From contig CM035350.1 of the NCBI GenBank assembly GCA_020137815.1, positions 6,014,001-6,078,000 on the forward strand: a stretch of 64,000 bases of DNA. The letters are read 5' to 3'. Below the pieces are notes generated by a model, which did no database searches, was not told the origin of the DNA, and worked only from the letters and a program-made list of their open reading frames with translations. The translations under genes and the position numbers were made by a program. Below, piece by piece: positions 1 to 13,400 of this stretch; position 1 is the first letter of the stretch, and each line of letters starts with the position of its first letter. This DNA is from Hormiphora californensis (Eukaryota; Animalia; Ctenophora).

Positions 1-628
1 CTGTAGAAGTGTAGCACCCATTTTAGGGGGCTGCCGCGGCCGGGAATGAATTATGAGGGGGCTGGGTAACACCTATCAAACTCTGCATTTTGAATTTTAT
101 TATGTGTCATACCCTGACCCTGGCCGCGAACAGAGAGGGGTGCGATGTGCCCAACCCCTGGCCCTGAGTGAAATCTTGTTATCCAATATCCACCCTCTAT
201 CTCATATATGACTCACTCTAAACTTCAGTTCTTAGAGATCATTGAATGCAAGTTTTGACTTTTGATCCATCCGGCCTCCAGTAGGGGAGGTAGATGGGGG
301 AGGTCATCTCCAGTGTTATCTGTGGTATTTTTTATGACGTTATTGGCTCAAAGTCAATGTCTCTCACCGTGTAATTTAATGGACGACCAAATCGAGTTTG
401 TCAGATAGGCCAGGGTTCAGATGACCTAAATATTAAATTGTAGTGTGAGCCATTTGCATTTAGCCATTCTTTTGCTTTAGTACTGAGTAGCATCTAGCAT
501 CTAGCCCCGGCCTGACCAGTGATTAGCTTAATTAATTAAACTGAACTTGTCAGAGCATTGGCCTGACAGAACTGAACTAAGAACTTGTTAAACTTAATAC
601 TTGAGGGTTCTATTGTCATCATTGTTGA

Positions 629-764
629 ACAATGATTGTTCCTTTTGGATATTTCTGGTGCCACAGAGTTTGATTTGTCCCGATCATGTTTTAAACATGA
701 TCGGGACAAATCAAAACTCTGAGGCACCAGAAATATCCAGAAGGGTCAAAAGGAACAATCATTG
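629..764. repeat. Imperfect palindrome (foldback/MITE-like)
   Basis: ATGATTGTTCCTTTTG...GATCATGTTT/AAACATGATC...CAAAAGGAACAATCAT. Confidence 0.75.
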
Positions 765-1102
765 GAGCAGCTGAAGTGTGTTACTGTTAATAATTTTCTC
801 AAGAAACCATGTTAATGTGAACAATTGTCTGACAGCGTCTTCACTTGTTGAGTTCATACTCCGATACCGCACGAGATGTATCAACAAGACATTAACACGA
901 CCTCGTTTTGAATTCCCCCGACACTATAAACATTGTTTATAGTGTCGGGGGAATTCAAAACGAGGTCGTGTTAATGTCTTGTTGATACATCTCGTGCGGT
1001 ATCGGAGTATGAACTCAACAAGTGAAGACGCTGTCAGACAATTGTTCACATTAACATGGTTTCTTGAGAAAATTATTAACAGTAACACACTTCAGCTGCT
1101 CC
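764..1102. repeat. Apparently perfect palindrome, 169-bp arms, 1-nt centre at 933
   Basis: GGAGCAGCTGAAGTG...CTATAAACA-T-TGTTTATAG...CACTTCAGCTGCTCC. The arms read as exact reverse complements by eye. Confidence 0.9.
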
Positions 1103-1148
1103 TCCCACTTGTGCTACAAAGTACAATTCGGAGGGAGTGGGTAAGAGT

Positions 1149-1704
1149 TCTAGATGAATCTAGGACCACTAACACCCTTCCCCACCTCTAGATGAATCTA
1201 GGACCACTAACACCCTTCCCCACCTCTAGATGAATCTAGGATCACTAACACCCTTCCCCACATCTAGATGGATCTAGGACCACTAACACCCTTCCCCACA
1301 TCTAGATGAATCTAGGACCACTAACACCCTTCCCCACATCTAGATGAATCTAGGACCACTAACACCCTTCCCCACCTCTAGATGGATCTAGGACCACTAA
1401 CACCCTTCCCCACATCTAGATGGATCTAGGACCACTAACACCCTTCCCCACATCTAGATGAATCTAGGACCACTAACACCCTTCCCCACCTCTAGATGAA
1501 TCTAGGACCACTAACACCCTTCCCCACCTCTAGATGGATCTAGGACCACTAACAACCTTCCCCACCTCTAGATGAATCTAGGACCACTAACACCCTTCCC
1601 CACATCTAGATGAATCTAGGACCACTAACACCCTTCCCCACCTCTAGATGAATCTAGGACCACTAACACCCTTCCCCACATCTAGATGGATCTAGGACCA
1701 CTAA
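1149..1704 (+). repeat. 38-bp minisatellite, about 14.5 copies
   Basis: Unit TCTAGATG(A/G)ATCTAGGACCACTAACACCCTTCCCCAC(C/A). Confidence 0.95.
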
Positions 1705-2425
1705 GCCTGCAAGAGCACCATGGCGATGTTGAAGATGATCCCCCTGCCTGGCCCCCTGAACTCAGCATGGTAACACGACCAAGATCAACGAGTCGGACTA
1801 GCTCTCGGTACAGCTCTCGGCCAAACTCTCGGCCAAACTCTCGGCCCAACTCTCGGCCCAACTCTCGACCCAACTCCCCTAAATCTGAGCGACGTCCTCG
1901 AAGCCGTCCACATTCTAGCCATTCTAAAAGATCGCAGCCCAGGAGTCGGCCCAGCTCGCAGGTGAGCGAGAGGAGGTCCCGACATGGCTCCCACTGCAGT
2001 GAGACCTGTGAGATTGATCCTACGAGACTCTATGTGAATAATAATGTTACTTATTCTAATGACCTGGAGGAACCAGAAAACGGTATGTTAACTTCCAAAC
2101 CTTCCTTGATTGAAATATATGGCTCTCTTAGGTTGTGTCTTGTTGAGTATTAGGTGTTACTCAACAATTTGGGTCTGGTTTGTTTGTTTCCAAAAGGGCC
2201 TGATGGGACGCGCTAAAAATGAGGGTAAAACTTTATATTAAGAAACATGTTTCAGGGTCGACTAGGACTAGTGGAACTGGTAGTTTGCCGTTCGCGATCT
2301 ATGCTAATGATGCTGATAATAATGTCACAGGTATGTAATGTCAAAAACTTTTATCTTCTGTCTTTCTTCTGATAGGCTTCGTGCTCTATCATCCATATAT
2401 CGTATGTTTCATTTCGGGACAAAGT

Positions 2426-2486
<61 letters not shown>

Positions 2487-4444
2487 ATCTCCTTCTCTCC
2501 TGCAGGTGCACTTTCTAATCAACAATATGACGTCACAAAGTCGTCACAACATTCCCACGGTGAACTCTACCGCATGTTCATTGCATTAAATTAATATATT
2601 TCTCCTACCAACTTCCTTCCACATTCTCTTATCTACAAATCTAGAATAAGTACTATCTCATTTTAATAAAGTAAAGAGGAGTATTTTTTCTAGATTTGTA
2701 GAGAATGCGGAAGGAAGTTGGTAGGAGAAATATATGTTAATTTAATTTTAATGTAATGAATAAGTGTTTGACTGAATATGAGTCTTATTCAGCAACTTCT
2801 ATTGGACCTAATCTAAGTTATCTTAGTCTTTCAACAGGCGGTAGAGTTCACCGTGGGAATGTTGTGACGACTTTGTGACGTCATATTGTTGATTAGAAAG
2901 TGCACCTGCAGGAGGAAGGAGATAGGGAGAGAGAGAAAGATAGAGAGAGGGAGAGAGAAAATCGAAGGTTATTAGGAGGAATAAGGAAAGGATGAAAAAG
3001 ATAAAAGGTGTAAATGAGATTTAGATACTCTTTATTGAATATGTGTGACCATAGCTACCACTTGCTCTTGTCGGTAGTCGTTAGTCCCTCTCTCGCATGT
3101 GATCGCAGTGCCACTGTGTGACCACTCACGCAATTTACAGCGAATACAGATGGTCTGAGAATCATGTAGATAACCCAGATCTAAACATGTATTATATGTT
3201 CTGTGTGGGATGGGAACTGTGAGTGTTGGAAGGAAAGTGGAAACCTTAAAGTTGCGATGGGATTTTTAGTACATCATCAGATCTTGATTTATTTGCCACG
3301 TCTTCTTTCTTTATTCGTCTCCCTTTCTCACTTGAAAATTCTCATCTCATTTTATTGCTTCAGTATCTCTGATTTTCAATCTTCCCGCCAGAGCGTCGAG
3401 ATCTCTTCGTAATCTCCCCCTTATTATCGCCCCAATTCACTGGATTAGCGTGTTCCAGGGTGGCTCCAAAACTTGATTACCCACTCCAAATTGGTGTGAT
3501 CCATGTTACCATGAAGTGAAGATTTGATTTGCTCGACCCTGTTTGAACAAAACAATATTTGTAATTTCACTCTTGTTTCTCCCATTGTCCGGAATATTTT
3601 TCAGGGGACTTTTTCAATTTCTTAGGGGTTGGCTATCTCTCCTAGCTTCATCAATGATACCCATATTTATTAAATTGTCTTAAAGCATATATTGTCTATT
3701 AGCATTTGTCGAATGAGTCTCGACTTAGAAATGTGATGAAAGCGTTTTTTAAACATTTTTTGGCTCACAGTGTCCGTTGCAAATCAGTATAAAGTTTTCC
3801 GGCGTATATTCTCTTTCAAGTTCAAGTTCTTATCACATATTTTCCATTTTGCATTACACGAGGAGTTTATCTAATTTTGCATTTTTCTCTTGGCGATGGA
3901 CCATTGTTGTATAACTAATTACATATGAATCACAAGGTTTCAAACAGAATGAGAAAATTCCCCAAATAACGGGGTGCGGTCAGACGGGGTGGATGTAGAG
4001 AGCCCTGCAAGTGCAATCTCAATTACCTAGTCATAATTTCAACACGTCAGAGTTGGTTTAGAAATAACCCTTCTTCAGAGAGAATCTAAACAATCGGGAG
4101 GGTGTAAAATACGTACATGTCTGGTCTTGTAGGGTCGTGATTGGGGCATGCATGTAGGGGAAGTTATGAAACGACGTCAAAGTGGTGGGGCCACTTTTCG
4201 GCGAAAAATTTTGGTCACCAGACCAGTCACGTGATATAACAGGCGAAGCGACTTGGGGTCACTAAGGCAGAAAGAGTTTCGGGTCATTTGACATTATAAC
4301 CGGTGATGTATATCGATATTCTGTTATCTGCTCTTATCAAGGTGTATGTGAACTCAGTGGGTACTCAGTGCAAAGGCCATCTCCCTTTGTACGTCAGAGT
4401 AGAGAGAATGTCTCACTAGTTGAAATAATTAAACTTAGTCTCTT

Positions 4445-4495
<51 letters not shown>

Positions 4496-7400
4496 TTTTG
4501 AGGTTGGTCTCATAAGATTCCTGTTACGTTCTACTTAGTTAAACAGTGGCTGTTTAGATATTAAAACCTCACCACATGTTCAATCAGTTTGTTTTTTCTT
4601 CTTCGCGATTTGACTCCCCCCTTTACTTTTACATACTGTACTTACTTATACTGATACTGATAGTTATTAACATTTAACACTGCACTAACGACGAGCACTA
4701 TCTTGTAGGAACACGAGTGAAGATGACAGCTAATGGGGAAGAGGCTCCCGCTGCAGAAATGGGTGCTGTGAATATCGAGATTAAGAAAAATGACGAGAAA
4801 GGTTAGTCTGGATACGCTTCTTTTTTAAAAATTTGATGGACGTTGGTAAAACGAAAGTCTGAGATTCATGTTCTCCTTTAATATCCCTTCCTTCAAACCC
4901 TGTTATATCCTGATTTTCCAGCAAAAGATATAGATGATTGTTCAACGGAAACAGAAGAGGAGGAGGAGGAAGAGGAGGGATGGGGTAACAAGACACAGTT
5001 CCTTCTGGCTTGCATTGGTCTCGCTGTGGGCCTCGGAAATGTCTGGCGATTCCCAATGTTGCTGCACGAGAATGGAGGAGGTAATGATGTGATTGAATTA
5101 ACTGTCTAATTGATTGTCTAATTGATTGTCTAATTGATTGTCTAATTGATTGACTAATTGATTAACTACTCTAATCCTATGGTAGCCCCAATGATTCCTG
5201 CGAAGCCCTGATTGGCCAATTATTTATGATGCCCAAGATGATAAGGTAAATCAATTATTATACCTGTTCATTTTCCCTGTCTCTGTCTTTCTCTCTGGCT
5301 CTCTATATATCACTCTCTTTTCCTTCTCTCACTCTCCAGTCACTCTTTTTTTCATATTGTATGAAGAAATGATCTGTTGTTATTGGTTGGAAAACGAGAG
5401 TAATTACTCTAGTAATTCATTTTTCCTGGACCACAGCCTCTCTTGAATTTAGAATACTCTAACTGTCCATATATTTTCCCTCATTGCATGACTTATAACT
5501 ATGTTCAGTCAGACCCCAATTTACCGGGAGGATAAAATTCCCCCGATATAGGAAAATAACGGTAATTGACCCCGATATACCAGGCACCCCGATTTACCGG
5601 TCAAAACCCTTTCCCCGAGCATCCCGGTAATTCGGGGTCCGACTGTGGTGGTGGTGGTAGGAAAAGTGTTTTAATCCCTATTATAACTATATTATGTAGA
5701 ATCCTTATAGCTGTATCATGTTATAATGATTAATGACCCTCTTGTTTTCAGGTGCATTCCTGGTCCCATATATTCTGATGTTGGTATTGGAGGGAATCCC
5801 GATAATGTACGTGGAGATGGCGATCGGGCAGTATTTCCGGGGCGGTAGTGTGGTGTCATGGCAACGAATTCACCCCTCACTCAAAGGAATAGGTGAGCGG
5901 TATACCGTGTGTGCAGGGAATGAAGAGATTAGGGTATTAGGAGGTAGAGATAGAGACATGCAGGGACCCTGTTATGTGTCACAGGGTGAGGTATGATATA
6001 TTTATCGAGTGAATCGTAAAATCATCTCATTTTCAGGGTTATGCTCCTTAGTTATTTCCTCCTTCCTCTGTATCTACTATGTTATGGTAATCGCCTGGAT
6101 TCTCAACTACATTTGGGTATCTTTAGACAGGTAAACAATTGGGTTTAGCCTTGCCAAGCTAGACTGTGTTTCGGGCGCCCCGAAAGGGAGGGTTAGAATC
6201 GAACATAACAAGGTTTAGCCATCTTTTACCCCTTTCCCGTCGAATATATAAAGGAGGGGTAGGAGCTTGCTCCACCGAACCGCCGCAGTTTGAGCTACAC
6301 AAATTAACACAATATTTAAAAAGTTTTTTGATCAATAAAAGTGTTGACTATTGCAGCATTTACAAGAATTTAAAACACATTTACACAGTGTACCACCCTA
6401 CGCTGGCTGCGATTACACTGATGACCTCTGCTGTACACAAGACAAGACACTCTACTACTGGTATACTCAAGTTCTTAAGGTACTTTCTAATCTTCTATTG
6501 TTAGTAAATCGTTTCACGGAATAAATATATTATATGAGAGTCAATGTACTGTTTATTTTATCCCATTCGAAGCCAAATTGATTGTGATCCATCAGGTTCC
6601 TCGGGCTCCGATAGGATTTCAGGAGATGTTTTGCCGAGTTGTTTTGAAGGGCCTTGCATTGGAACTTGTAGTAGATTCTCATTTTGCATTGATCCTCGAT
6701 TCTCATTTTGCATTGGAACTTGTAGTAGATTCTCATTCATTTGCATTGGACTTTGCATTGGGCCTTGCATTGGGCCTTGCATTGGATTTTGCATATAACC
6801 TTGCATTGGATTTTGCATTGGATTTTGCATTGTGCCTTGCATTGGGCCTTGCATTGGGCCTTGCATTGGGCCTTGCATTTGGCCTTGCATTGGGCCTTGC
6901 ATTGGGCCTTGCATTGGATTTTGCATATAACCTTGCATTGGATTTTGCATTGCGCCTTGCATTGTATTTTGCATTGGGCCTTGCATTGGGCCTTGCATTT
7001 GGCCTTGCATTGGGCCTTGCATTGTATTTTGCATTGGGCCTTGCATTGAGCCTTGCATTTGGCCTTGCATTGGGCCTTGCATTGGGCCTTGCATTGGATT
7101 TTGCATATAACCTTGCATTGGATTTTGCATTGGATTTTGCATTGGGCCTTGCATTGGGCCTTGCATTGGGCCTTGCATTGGGTTTTGCATATAACCTTGC
7201 ATTGGACCTTTCATTGGGCCTTGCATAGGATTTTCCATATAACTTCGCATTGAGACTTTTATCGGGCCTTGCATCGGATCTATATTTCGGTTTAAATTGA
7301 CGCCATGCAGGCCAATTTGAGAAGATTCTGGGGTGACTGTTTCCGGGTTCTGACCAATCCACTTTTCCACAATTTTCATAATATCGGCAAAAGGGACTCT

Positions 7401-10400
7401 GAAGACAAGATCTTCATCCTCTAATATTGGGTATGGTAGCACATCTGGGTTTACTACCGATAGTTCGGGTACCTCTGGATTTGGATCCGATAGTTCGGGT
7501 ACCTCTGGATTTGGATCCGATAGTTCGGGTACCTCTGGATTTGGATCCAACACGATGTCGATGTTTTCGGGTACAGCTGGTAAATGCACTACCACCGGAA
7601 CCGCCGGATCCACAATAAAGTCGTAACCCATTTCATCCTTATGTTTGGTGGGGGTCATTGGCCGGGTGTTTGGTTTGAGTGATGGCCGGGTGTTTGGTTT
7701 GGGTGTTGGCAGGGTGTTTGGTTTGAGTGTTGGCCGGGTGTTTGGTTTGAGTGTTGGCCGGGTGTTTGGTTTGAGTGTTGGCGGTTTGAGTGTCGGCGGG
7801 GGAGACTCCTTATCCAACCATGCATCCACTCCAACGTCGTTGATAGCTCTAAGGTTTCGAAATGTCTCCTTCAGCTTCCCACTCCATTGACTAAATCGAT
7901 TCATAGACTCCTTAGCCTGACGTGCCATTCGCTTCTTGGATAAATCCTTAAGCAAATTCCTCGTCTTCTCGATATTGTCCTCCACTTTTTTAGGGTCAGT
8001 TGTGGCATACCACCACCCTAATTCCGTCTCAGCCAAAGACTTAAACTCAGAGCTTTTCATGTAGTGCTCTCTAAAGCTTGGCTCAATCTCTTTGGCAAGC
8101 GCATTCCCAATTCCCCAGAGAGTGGTATCATCCCTTTTGAACTCTTGGTGGATCTTTTCAGATAAAGTGGGAAGTTTGGCATCATTTTTAACGTACTGAC
8201 TGATTGTTACATTCACTAAACAGGCACCGGTCATGAGTTCTGTGCACGAGTCGACCAATCTCTTCTCCGCCTCGAAGCAGACTTGATGGCGCTCCGCTTT
8301 CGTGTGTCTCCTGATGACGTGAACAAGTTTCCCGAAGTCCATGTTCCGGGTGTAATAATAACTCTCAAAAGATGGGAAAATTGAAAACCATCTCGTCAGC
8401 CGGAGCATCTCAGTACAGTCATTAACCTCATCTTCAGATAGCCATCCTTGACCCACCAGCACCCCATTGACATAGACCATGATATACCTGTCGTTCAGGT
8501 AGATGCTATAGGGAAGCTGCTGTATATCATCACCCTCAATCAAGTCAGGGTTTATCTGGATCCTGTTACAATACTCGATATCAAGATAGTATTCCCCTGT
8601 TAAATTGATGTGATTCCAGTGATCATAACCCAGAACCAGGGAGCCTCGGTGGTACAGTGTCGGGGAGACATCACCGAAAAACCAAAACATATGATGACTG
8701 CTGTTGTGTTGCGGTTGTTGTGGTTGAGTGATGGTCTCCCTGCCAATGTGTAACAGTGTGTTATTAGTTTTCACCGGTACAAACCGGTATCCCATCACCC
8801 CAAAACCCGTCTCCAGACCCGTGATGTCAACTTCACCAGATATGATAAACTGGTCCTTACACCAAACCACGACCCCATCAGCGATACCTCCGTTACAGTT
8901 GAATGTTGAGTCTGTGTCGTTCTGAAAAGTACACTCCTCCGTAAAGTTGAACCAGAAAACCGAGACTGAGAGATCATGCCCCGGTATGTCGGTGTCTAAT
9001 GTAATATCCGAAATGTAGACCTGTCTGAAAAACCTGAAGTAATACCAGTTCTTAGCATGGGAAACCTCTGGTAGAGAACCATGGGGATCACCTGCCACTG
9101 TTTCATTCGCCCCCTCCAAGGACCCTGCTAGTACCCATTCGGGTGTCAGCTCACCCCAGTAGGCATCTTCTAAGCGGGGATAATGGGTGTCATTGGCTCC
9201 TAGATCAATCATCAGTTGTCCAATGTTGCCATTATGGTACCGATAGTTGAAATCGGCGTGTGTTATGAACCCGGTGGAAAGGGACGTCTTATGCGAGGTA
9301 AATAGTCCGAAATACGGGCTAGAATATGTTCCATATTCAACTCCGAAACCTTGAAAAAATCTATTGTTCGGAATGTTCGGTCTAATGGTTGAAGGCTGGT
9401 TGGAGTTGTCGTTCCATTCATCAACACCTAGAGGAGCAGCTCCTCTTTGAAGAACATTGTCGGGTTTGTAGTCGGATAAAGCCTCAGGTCGAGATTCTAC
9501 CCGGGCCAAGGGGAGCTGAGGTTCCCAAGATTTCAGTCCGTCAATCCTTCCCTCAACCACAAGGGCAGGGAGGAGGAGAAAGAGGTGAAACAATCGAACA
9601 AGCATTAGCGAGAAATGAGCCAGATTTTAGCATGTATCAATCTTTTCAAGATCTCCTTGGGATCTTCTAGGCAACCTTTAGGCATGCACTTGGGTCGTTC
9701 CAGCTAAGAGGATGATGAGAGCTCCTTGATCCATAATTACTATTAGAAGAGTGGCTCCCGACCTCTTTGACATAATATAAAGGAAGGGACCTGTTCATAA
9801 ATTGTTTGCTGTTATACGGGCAATAACATGAATAATATGGTACATCAGCTTGTTGGTTAACGTACTATAATTTCAGGCAAGTCCATCGATAAGTGATTTT
9901 GGTGCTGGTCCATCCTGGGAGTTAATTGTATTCCTCATTCTCGCCTGGGTCGTCACATACCTGTGCGTCTTTCAGGGGGTTAAGAGCACTGGAAAGGTAA
10001 GCAATATAAAGACATGTCTCAATATACTCTTTAACAACACGGCTATTATATAGCACCTCCCTGAACAACAACGTATTGATATCAATTAATATCAATTTAT
10101 ATCAATTTATATCAATTAATCATTGACTACCTGGATCGCAACTCTCTTTTGGGCAAACATCAGTCTGGCTATCGTGTTGGTCACAGTTGTGAAACGCTAT
10201 TGGCAAGCATGTTCGATGACATTCTAGGGGAAATGGATAAAGGAAACGTAGTAGCTCTTATCTGTCTAGATATGAGTGCTGCTTTTGATACGGTTGACCA
10301 TGGAAAGTTGTTGGAGGTGTTGCAGAAACGGTTTGGAGTGGATGGTGAACCTCTCCGATGGTTTAAAAGCTATTTGAGTTCCAGATCTTTTAGAGTTTCG

Positions 10401-13400
10401 GTCGGTGATTGCCTTTCGGAAACCCTTGCTTTACTTTGTGGAGTCCCTCAAGGGTCCCTCCTTGGTCCTATTTTGTTCCTACTCTACATCGAGGCTGTAC
10501 AAGATATTGTGGAGCCATATGGACTCCGGATAAAGTTATATGCAGATGATTCCCAGCTCTACGTGAGTCTGGTTCCTACGGATGCTGCTGGCTGGGTTGA
10601 GGCAAAGGTGGATATTGAGGAGTGTCTGGCGAAGGTGAAGAGGTGGATGGTAGGGCAGTGGTTGAAGTGTAATGAGGCCAAAACGGAATTCATCCTGCTT
10701 GGAAAGCGCAGTTCTCTAAGCAAAGTCTCTTTTGATCCAGTTATTAACTTTGGAGGAACGGAAATCTCCCCCAGTGAATGTAGTGGAACAGATGGTAAAA
10801 CCCTGGGAATTCTCTTGGATCATAACCTTGGCCTTGAACGACAGGTTAACAATGTGAGGAAACAGTGTGGACTGATGTTACGAAACCTTTGGCAACTGCA
10901 CAGGTGTTTTGATATCCCAACAAAGATAATGTTGGTCAAACAGTTGATTTTATCGAGGATAGACTACAGTAACATTCTGTATTGTGGACTTCCTGGTCGA
11001 GTTCTCAGTGGGCTCCAGAAGCTTCTCAATGCCTGTGTTCGTTTTGTATTTAACCTCCACGGACACCAGGACAACTACATGGAGTATTTCAGGCAATGTC
11101 ATATTTTACCGATCTCCTACAGGTTGGACTTCAAAGCATGTTTGATTGCCTACAAAATAGTCAATGGAACAGCCCCGTGTTATCTCCAGGATTTGGTGCC
11201 ACGTGATGAGACTTGGGGAACCTCTAGGACAACGAGGATGACTAATGTTCCGGATCCCTATAGGTTAAAACATCCAAAGATGACCAGTATCAATGCCAAC
11301 TCTAAGTTGAGACGTAGGAGGTTATCAGTATTCCTGCCCTCTGTCTGGAATGAGCTTCCTCTTGAGCTCAGGTCAATCCCCAATGTGGATACTTTCAAAA
11401 CCCGGCTGAAAACACATCTCTTCGTTGGTGCATTTGGAGTGGGTGATGGGGAACCCATGGCTGAGTTGTAATGTTTGTTGTAGTTGTGGGGCCTGCGGGC
11501 AATCAGTGTCATCCTCTCTCTAGCCATGTTATTAATTCATTACCTAGTATCCTTTTTTCGAGCAGGTGTGAGTATAGTGTGTTTTAATTTATATCTACAG
11601 GATTATGGGACCAGTTATTCCCTCAGTTTTATAAGTCAAGTTTATTTAGTCGTCTATATATTGTTTTTCAACCAGAGCTGTTCGAGTGTGTCATATAAGT
11701 AGTCGAGGATATACCGCTCTGATGATTCGGCGGAACATCGTCAATATTTTGACATGTCTCTGTCGGGTATGGGCGGTATATAAGCGCGGAATATTATTAT
11801 TATTATTATTATTAATATATTACAGGCGGCATATTTCGCAGCGACCTTTCCCTACATCTGCCTGTTCATCTTACTGATCAAGGGTCTAACCCTGCCTGGT
11901 GCGGACCAGGGATTGAAGAAACTTTTCACCCCAGATGTAAGTACGAAGTAGGGCCCGATCCATTATTATAGAAGATGACATAACTAATAATTAGCTTCAA
12001 TTAGCAGTTAGTTAGATCTGGATTGTTGAAACTAATTCTCCCGCTCAGTTTGCCGCACTATTAAAACCAACAGTGTGGATCAAAGCGGCAACCCAGATTT
12101 TCTTTTCTCTGAGTCTTGGTTTTGGTGCCCTGGTCGCCTTTGCGTCCTTCATGCCCTACAAGAACAACATCACAAGGGATACCTTGATTGTGGCAGTTAT
12201 CAACTCCTTCACGTCTGTAAGTAAACCTTACCTCCAAAAATAATCGTTATTGTAAATAAATATATCTCCTTGTCTAATGACTCCCCCTCCCAGATTCTAG
12301 CTGGTGTGTGTATTTATTGTATCTTGGGATTTAGAGCACACGAAACGGGAAGAAGTCTGGATGAGGTATGATCATATCAATTCAATGTGACACTCTTTTT
12401 CACCCATTTTTACACCAATCAATTAATGTATGCTTTCTCGTTGGTGGCGCAGTCACCTCTCTGCAGCTTCACGGACCTCAATTTGCCGCACTACGTGCAG
12501 GAGTAAGGGTGACTGCGTCACCAAGCTTTCTCACACTCTCTTTCACCCTTTACACACCTGCTGTTTGGTACCCGTTTTGATTATCTTGTCCAGAGTACGC
12601 ACCAAAAACCCTTTGCACACTCTAATACCCTTCTTTTAGGTGAGCTATGGCGCAGGGTTGACCTTTATCGCAATCACAGAAGCTGTCAGCAGGATGGAGG
12701 GGACGCCATTTTTCGCTTTCGTATTCTTTTTTATGCTCTTCAATCTGGGTGTTAGCTCACAGTTTGGTACCCTGGCGGGTCTTGTAACCCCCCTATATAA
12801 CGATCTAAAGGTCTTTGGAAAGGCCCGGAAAGAGATATGTGTGGGTAAGTTCTGATATTATGATATAGTGAGAGGGGGGTACTTCCTTGTTAGCCTAACA
12901 ATGTTAGCGAATGGTAGAGTGACTTCCTCCTCAACGGAAGCGGGAAGGAGAGCCTAACGACTTTTCCTTTTTAGCATTCCTCTCTGTGATTTTCTTTGGT
13001 ATTGGTATCATCTTTACGCCCGGCAATGGACAGTATATCCTTGATGTAAGTATATAACTACCATATGGCTCGATTTGGATATTCTAAATGACACCTTATG
13101 CCTCTGAAAACAACCCCACATAATACTGATTGGCTGATAACTAGTCACGTGACCTAAATAACGAGTTCTGATTGGTTGTTTACTTGTTTCGGTCGGTTCC
13201 TGCCACATATGTTTATCATCCATATTGTTCTCTCTCAGCTATTCAACAACTATCCTGTTACGATGCCACTACTAGTCGTCAGTATCACTGAGGCCATAGC
13301 TATAGGGTGGATATTTGGAATCGAGAAGTAAGAATAAGACCCCCCCCCATAACTGATTCAGCATCATATAGCAAATCGAATATAGATAATACCATGTCAT

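Noticed and set aside
1149-1704. CRISPR-like regular repeat
   Set aside because: The units are contiguous with no unique spacers and there are no cas genes; this is a eukaryotic minisatellite.
6544-7362. Overlapping ORFs (ALGL, HWAL, NARP, CIGP repeats)
   Set aside because: These are alternative-frame shadows of the stop-free 12-bp MQGP array.
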